Below, one piece after another: positions 57,660 to 64,000 of a stretch of 64,000 nucleotides of DNA. The stretch is taken from NCBI GenBank assembly GCA_023213395.1, contig CM041465.1, positions 199,151,741-199,215,740 on the forward strand, given 5' to 3'. How positions within the stretch are numbered: position 1 is the first letter of the stretch; each line of letters opens with the position of its first letter. The translations under genes were made by a program, and so were the position numbers. The notes beneath the pieces were generated by a model that made no database searches, was not told the origin of the DNA, and saw only the letters and a list, made by a program, of their open reading frames with translations. The DNA comes from Cycas panzhihuaensis (Eukaryota > Plantae > Cycadophyta).

Positions 57660-60254
57660 ACTAGTAAATGGATTAGACCTTGAAATTAAAATAAAATACA
57701 ACAAAGTAAATATGTCAAATAGATGAAATCTAAAGAATAAATCAATTGTTAAATCATATAATCTATGGAACTTTTGCTAACATTTCAACTACACTAGTAG
57801 AATTTCTCCATAAAAGTTAAGTAGAAATGACCTAAAATATATAAATAATGAGGTTAACGACAAAAGAGGTAGTAATATATCAACTATTCAAAAATCTTAC
57901 AATTGCTAAATGGAGAAACTAACTCAAAACCTAGAAATCAAAAACCCCTATAAAGTTAAATAGTAAAAGATATATGCTAAAGTAATTTTCTTATACTACA
58001 TAAGTAATAGACATTAAAAGTACCGGTAAACAAAGATTAGTTACTCCTATAGAGTCAACAATGAAAAGATAATAAAATTAAATGATCAAATTACAAGAAA
58101 ACCATAAATATATTTTCTTTCATAGGTTGCATCAGCTTCACAAGGTGAAATTCTTTAGAAATATGTAATATCTACTTAAAATAGTAGGAAGGAGGTAAAA
58201 GGCAAGTCAATTATAACATAAATAGGCTCTTCTAGTTAAAAGGAACCTAATATGGAATTTTGCTAAAATGAAAGGGTAAAATGGTGAAAATTAAGACAAA
58301 ACCACTTCAATCACTCTTTATATCTATTCTCCGAGCATTATCAAGATAATCCACTCTTAAGCAATCTCAAAATGGTGTCACAAATGCTTGTTATATAATG
58401 TAATAGAGTTTTTATGCTCTAAATATTTTTTAACCTAGTGAAAATTTGAATAATCCTATTTATAAATTAGGTTGGGCCCACATTTTTATAAAATTATAGG
58501 CACCCATGGTTTATGCCTATTATTTTACAAAAACCACTTTATAATTAGTGAAAATCTAAAAACATCTCAAAAATTACTCTTTTACATGTTTTGCAAAATA
58601 TTATATCGTAATAAGTAAAAATAACATCCTAATAAATCAAAGTAGGTATCACACTAAATGATGGACATTTGACACAATATGATAATAAATGTCATAGTGT
58701 CAATTTAAAGATCATAGTAGGCACCACAACAAATCAAATTTACTATAGTACCCAACTACATAATCATGTAATACAACAACAAAGACCATGGTGTCTAAAT
58801 AAACATTGTCATATGGGTAAAAATAAACTAGAAAAAAAAGATAAAATGAGAAAAATAAAAAGGAAATGGTCCTTCAAAGGTAGCCTTGGCCTGATAAAGA
58901 TGTTACATAAGAGGGATACTTAGCAATAATTGACAAAATGAGGAAAGTAAATAAATGTTAGACGAAACTAGAGTTGTATGTTATTGTTATATAATAATTC
59001 ACATCATAAGCAATAATAGATATATAAGCATGTATTTACAAGAAAATAGTTCAAAAATCAAATCATTGATTTAATTAAACTACATAACAGATGAAGTATA
59101 CTTGGCTATGTTGAGGAGGCATAAAATCTAGCAAACATATATAACAATACATAGTAGGTTGATATTATAATGGAAAAGAGGTTTCATCAATAACACATGC
59201 ATGGAAAAGAAACTGTGAAATCCAAAGTGACAACATAACTAATATTTATGAGAACACCTTTAATGAAAATATTTAATCTCCTATACTAGAAAAGTAGAAT
59301 AAGTCATTTTGTTACATTCCAAAAATATCTAAATTTAAGGCTGTAATCATAAAAAAATCCTAGCTACCATCTTCTAAAATTTGGAAACTAATTTAAAGCA
59401 AAAAAAATAATAATAATTCATAAATTTTTTATTTTTAACAAGTTCCTAACCATTACTATTTTTAGTAAATTTTCTAAAAGATATCCAATTCACTCAAAAT
59501 TATCTTGTGCGTAGTCAAATATATCATGAACACCATGAAAACATAATCTCCTAATTACCTTTTCCTAAATATAATCAATACTTTATATCCTGAAAAGGCA
59601 AATATTTCCCTTTTCAAAGCTTTATATAGTTAAACTAAAAATGTAATCATAAGGCTTTAAATGACCTTGTTTTTACTTAAACAATGAAATAGATGATTAT
59701 AGTAACTCTATATAGTTATTTATACTAGAACTTACATATCTCAACTTAAACTGTGATTTTGATATGTCATTTATAAAAAGTAGACTAATATTAAGGGAGA
59801 GACATTAATTTTAATGCATTGAGACTTTTACATTAAGAATACAATTGCTCCCACATCATCCTCATTTGGTTGAAAGTAACTCCACTCATGTAAGTTAAAC
59901 TTATAAATAGTCTAACCTCTTTAGCTCCTCTTTTGGGATCTATATATGGTTTATTTTTTGTAATTCCTTCCATTACACCAAATATCTATTGTAATTCCCT
60001 TGTTTAATCTTCATAGTCCTCATGTTTAGCACTTGATTCATCTTTTCTCTTTCCCTCTAAGGAACCTATTAACTCCAATTCACTTCTACTTCTTCATCTC
60101 TTATATCATCTCCCTCATGATAACTATATAAATTAGAAATATCTTAAAATAGAGAAATATTATCTTCTAGGGATAAATTTACCTCATACACATTGCCATT
60201 GGCTTTCTTTATAATATGAAATTAAAGGCTTGAGGATAGAGCAAACCTAGATTA

Positions 60255-63200
60255 TGGACGCGCGTCTACGGGATAGCTACCTAATTGAGTAGGAATGGTA
60301 AGAGCGATCGATGGTGCAATTGAGAAAAGACCTACAAGTAGGGCAAATACCACGCAGGGCGCCCTGTGCACCGGAGCGCGAGTTCAGGACCTGCAAATGG
60401 AATCTAGCTACCCAGAAGTGGTTCCTCGCTTCAAACAAGAGGAGAAGAGGTGTAGGATTAGCTTGGGTTGACCTAAGAGAAGGACCCTCCTACCCTTGGA
60501 TGACCGGAAGGGGAAAAAGAGAACCCTTCAAGGGTTTCCCTAGAGTGATGGGAAAAAGAAAAAAGTAGGCAAATGGGTGTCCTATGAACGGGATACGCTC
60601 GATTACCCAGCTAAGCAGAGAACCGAGAGAACATAAAAGGAATAACCAAAGGGAAGAGGTTATGATGTGTGTAAGCAAACTAACCAAGTAAGCAAATGAT
60701 GAAGTGAGAGGGAAGTTTGCAAGGCGAAAATGGGGGAAAAGGTGAGAGGGAAGGTTTCCTAAGACCTTTTCCTATAGCAAATAAAATGCAGACGATAAAG
60801 TAAGCAAAGTATAAACTAAGACAAAGGTTGATTTCCCTTCTCTTTCCGATGAGCTAATTACTACTACGTAAAAGAACTCAAAAGGAAAATAAAAGTGGTG
60901 AAGTGGAGTGAGAGTGTGTACCCAGAATAGAAACGTGACGAAGTGACGATGTTCCGATAAGACACTCGAAGTTGCTCCACAAGGCACGGCGGACGTGAAG
61001 GGTTGCAGTAGACCAGAATATGGAGCTCCCTTACCTTCCCCAAAAATAGTACTAAAGTACCAAGAAAGGAAAGGAAAGGAACAAAATGCTAACAATAAAT
61101 AAGATATGAAAGTAAATCATAAATGGAAGCACTTACCCACGAAGGAAGAAAGAGGAACGAATCCTTTGCATCTTCCAAATACCTGCAAGTAAATGATAAT
61201 ATCCCCCTTTCTGGAGAAAGGGTGCTAGCATACAATAGAGAGTCCTAACAATACATGTACATATGAAGCACGTATAAACTTAAATACATGCATGTTAGTA
61301 TTCAATATTACAACGATAAACTATGGCAGAAAATAACCAAAGTCAAAGATAAATGAACCGATAAGCCTCGGAGTAGCCCACCTCCCACAAGGAACAACCC
61401 TACTCTCCCCTAAGAAGCCATGCAGTAGCGAGAGTAAGGCTATGCAAGAGGGCTGGAAATGGAGATAAAAGAGTTGAAAAGAGCCCAAGAGGATCTACAA
61501 CAAGTTGGGGTGCTACGAGGAGCAAACCGGATTGTCGGGGAAGGAGTTGAGCAAGGGACAAGTAATCGGGACTTATGTGAGTTGCCTGGATTAAGGTGTA
61601 AGCCCTCAAACCAGCGTTGCAATGTGTGACAACGCTGATTTCAATGGCTAAAAATGGCCTAACAAACCCTTGTTTGATTACCAAGAACAGCACGGGGTAA
61701 AAGGGAAGGTTTGGGGGGCAAAGAGCCACTTGAGGAGCGTGGAAGGTGGTGCGAAATCCACCCAGCTCTCACCCAAACCCTATGCAACCCCTCTTTACCA
61801 CTGCCTTGAGCAAGAAACACAGGAAAGGAGGCACTAATGGCAGAAATAAGATAGCCCAAAACAAAGGAAGAGTAACCTCCAAAGACCAAAGCAAGGAGAG
61901 CTAGAAGTGACAAGCAAAATGGGGCATAAATTGGACAAGAAAGTAGCTTAAACCAATGAATACCTGAGAAAGATAAGGGAGCCTCTTGCCTCAGTCAAGA
62001 GCTACTGAAAGAAGGCTGAGAAATCTGCCAAGGAGTTATAGAACAATGGGTTTAGAATCCCTGCTAATGGAGTTGAAGGAAACACCTACACTTTGAAGAT
62101 GCTTGATGGCTGCCTGAGCAAGAAAACACTGAGATCTCTCCAAAGGGGCCCTCTCCAAGGTGTGTGAAGGGCTGGGAAGATGTCCTAGCCATACCAAAGG
62201 AGAGCTGGGTGATGGAGGAGAGGTGCAGGTCCTATAGCAGTAGTGGAGCAGCAGGGAATAGTAGAGCAAAGAGCGTTTTTCCTTGAGAAGCATTCAAAAA
62301 ATGAGTAAAAGATCCTAAAAATGAGTTAAAGAGGACTTAAATACCTAGCCCAAATCCTAAAACGAGTGATTAGGGTGTAGTTGGCAGTGAGTCAATCGCG
62401 AAACAAGTGGAAGTTTTGCAATAAATGCGAAATTACCATGGTAGATTTTTTAAAAATAAACTTGAACAGTCGTCCCGCCATAAATTTTATGATCAGAATT
62501 TACTACGATACCATGATATTCTACGATACATGACCGGGGCTAAATCGGCGGGAAGCCACTGGTCAGGCCAATGACAAAAGAGGCTAATGGGGGGCTAAGA
62601 CACCTACCCGAGGGCAAACAAGCCAATAAATGAGACCAGAAGAGCAAAAATAGGATTCAAACGATGTGGCTAGTCAACTAAACGATGACGAATCATCACA
62701 CGGGCAGAAGGTGACGCAAGCCAAATGGATCTTGGAGTAAGTAGGGCAGAATGCGGGAAGTGGAATGGCCACCGGGGTGCCATACTCACTAGGAATGTGC
62801 CCCCGCTATAGTCGTCATAGGCTGAATAAGTGTAGATGAAGATAAGATCATCTACAAGGTCACAACATGTAAACATGCAAGCATACACTCATCTCAAAAG
62901 AAAGCAATGATAAGGTGAGAAGCATACCTGCATTTACCTGAGTTAATAACTCTGTATCCATTCCCGGAAGCCAGGAAACACTGCCCCCTTGGTAGTAGAG
63001 CCTCGCCGCTCAGAAGCTTGGTGCGATGGCGAAAGCTGGCAACACATGTGTATACAGATATATAAATCAAGACTATAATAGTAGGCAAGGGTGCTAGCGA
63101 GTGTCATGGCAGAATGCGTGGATATGAAAGTAGAGGTGGAGACAACATAGGGGTTGCCTATGCGCCACCTAGAAACCAACTGGAAGAATAAGAAAGGCGA

Positions 63201-64000
63201 GGGGGTTGCCCCCACCGTAAAAGATGCAGAGAGATGTGCATAATCAAGTAGAAGAGTGAGCAAAATTGGTAGTCGCCATAGTTTAACCTCATTAGCGGCT
63301 AGGTTTCAGAGGTGCGAATGGATCACAAGGCGATGCGTACGACAGCCTAAGCCTTGGGTGACAGAGAAACCAGATAAGTCTCAGGGACAGTCAGCAAGAA
63401 GAGGAAGGCGGTGCTCAAGGATGAGGCGAACGAGACCATCTGACTCAGCGTTGAGGGCCCAAGGGATATGCTGGATGTCAACAGACGAGAAATGAGCTAA
63501 GAGGGATCTGGTGGCGAAAGCAAGAGTTCTCAAGTGAGGGCATCGCACCTGGTAAACCTGGGTGAGATAGGACACCACAACTTGAGAGTCACAAAGTAAG
63601 ATGATAGATCCGTGATGGAAACGGAGAGCATCAGTAAGGGCTTCAATAACAGCTGTGTATTCGACTTCATTGTTAGTAGCCTCTGGGAGAAAGACCCCAG
63701 AGCATAGGAAATTATGTCCAGAGGGGCTGCGGAGAATCCACGTGGTAGTAGAAGGTCCAAGGTTACCGCGGCTTCCACTGTCGATAAAAATGTAGATGGA
63801 CATGGGTGACACAAAGTCCTGGTAGTAAATAGGCAGTGGTGGAGCAGAAGAGGAGCTCGAGAGATAAGCAAAAAGTGGCCATGAAGGGTAGGAGGACCTA
63901 GCAATGAGGCTACCCAGGGGTGAGAGCAAGCAGTCTGATCACTATGTGAGAGCGGGCGGAGAAAAAGCATCCTGGAGCACCAAAAGGTCGCTTCGGGAAG
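60255..64000 (-). mobile_element. 3' end of a young GC-rich Tat-like gypsy element: aRH, 3' UTR, PPT (62981-62990) and 3' LTR (60255-62980); extends past the window end
   Basis: Minus strand AAGGGGGCAG-TGTTTCCTGG...GACGCGCGTCCA; LTR homologous to the solo LTR; open aRH ORF upstream. Confidence 0.92.
63381..63803 (-). CDS. Archaeal-type ribonuclease HI (aRH), ~140 aa, open frame
   Basis: IFIDSGSRGNLG, TNNEVEY, CDSQVVV, HIPWALNAESDGL: all four acidic catalytic positions (D,E,D,D) present; ATG at 63803 (frame open up to 63929). Confidence 0.92.
   Translation of the reverse strand: MSIYIFIDSGSRGNLGPSTTTWILRSPSGHNFLCSGVFLPEATNNEVEYTAVIEALTDALRFHHGSIILLCDSQVVVSYLTQVYQVRCPHLRTLAFATRSLLAHFSSVDIQHIPWALNAESDGLVRLILEHRLPLLADCP

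Noticed and set aside
63269-63301. Hammerhead ribozyme reading of the CTAATGAG..TAAAC motif (resembles CUGAUGA..GAAAC)
   Set aside because: The least-decayed copy has CTAA and TAAA rather than CTGA and GAAA, and the flanks close a single hairpin with no helix III or cleavage site; an Rfam HHR search on young copies would settle it
63381-63929. Host or horizontally acquired cellular RNase HI gene
   Set aside because: It lies ~400 bp upstream of a PPT and LTR, and homologues sit after integrase in two other elements, so it is retroelement-borne

Overview
Gene-free, AT-rich intergenic DNA from a large plant genome (the retroelement types suggest a gymnosperm; inference), made almost entirely of nested LTR retrotransposons of several ages. 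Contents: (i) the 3' half of a decayed Ty1/copia element (1-3003); (ii) at least four Ty3/gypsy Tat-like elements; three show an archaeal-type RNase H (aRH) ORF in the 3' region (downstream of integrase where integrase is visible), one of them open (63381-63803); (iii) a ~12.6 kb copia element inserted into one of those aRH ORFs; (iv) four ~3-3.5 kb non-autonomous copia-derived elements with gag remnants only, three with clear 5-bp TSDs; (v) a GC-rich 2.57 kb solo LTR with perfect TSD and a related 3' LTR on the minus strand; (vi) microsatellites, including a ~690 bp TA/TG array inside an RT. Main observations: a stand-alone aRH ORF with a conserved start Met, flanked by recurrent stem-loops with a conserved ATGAGNNTAAAC loop; several LTR families carrying a second tRNA-Met PBS inside the LTR end; and a pervasive CpA>TpA / TpG>TpA (RIP-like) mutation signature. 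No host gene, RNA gene or CRISPR array was seen. All alignments were made by eye.
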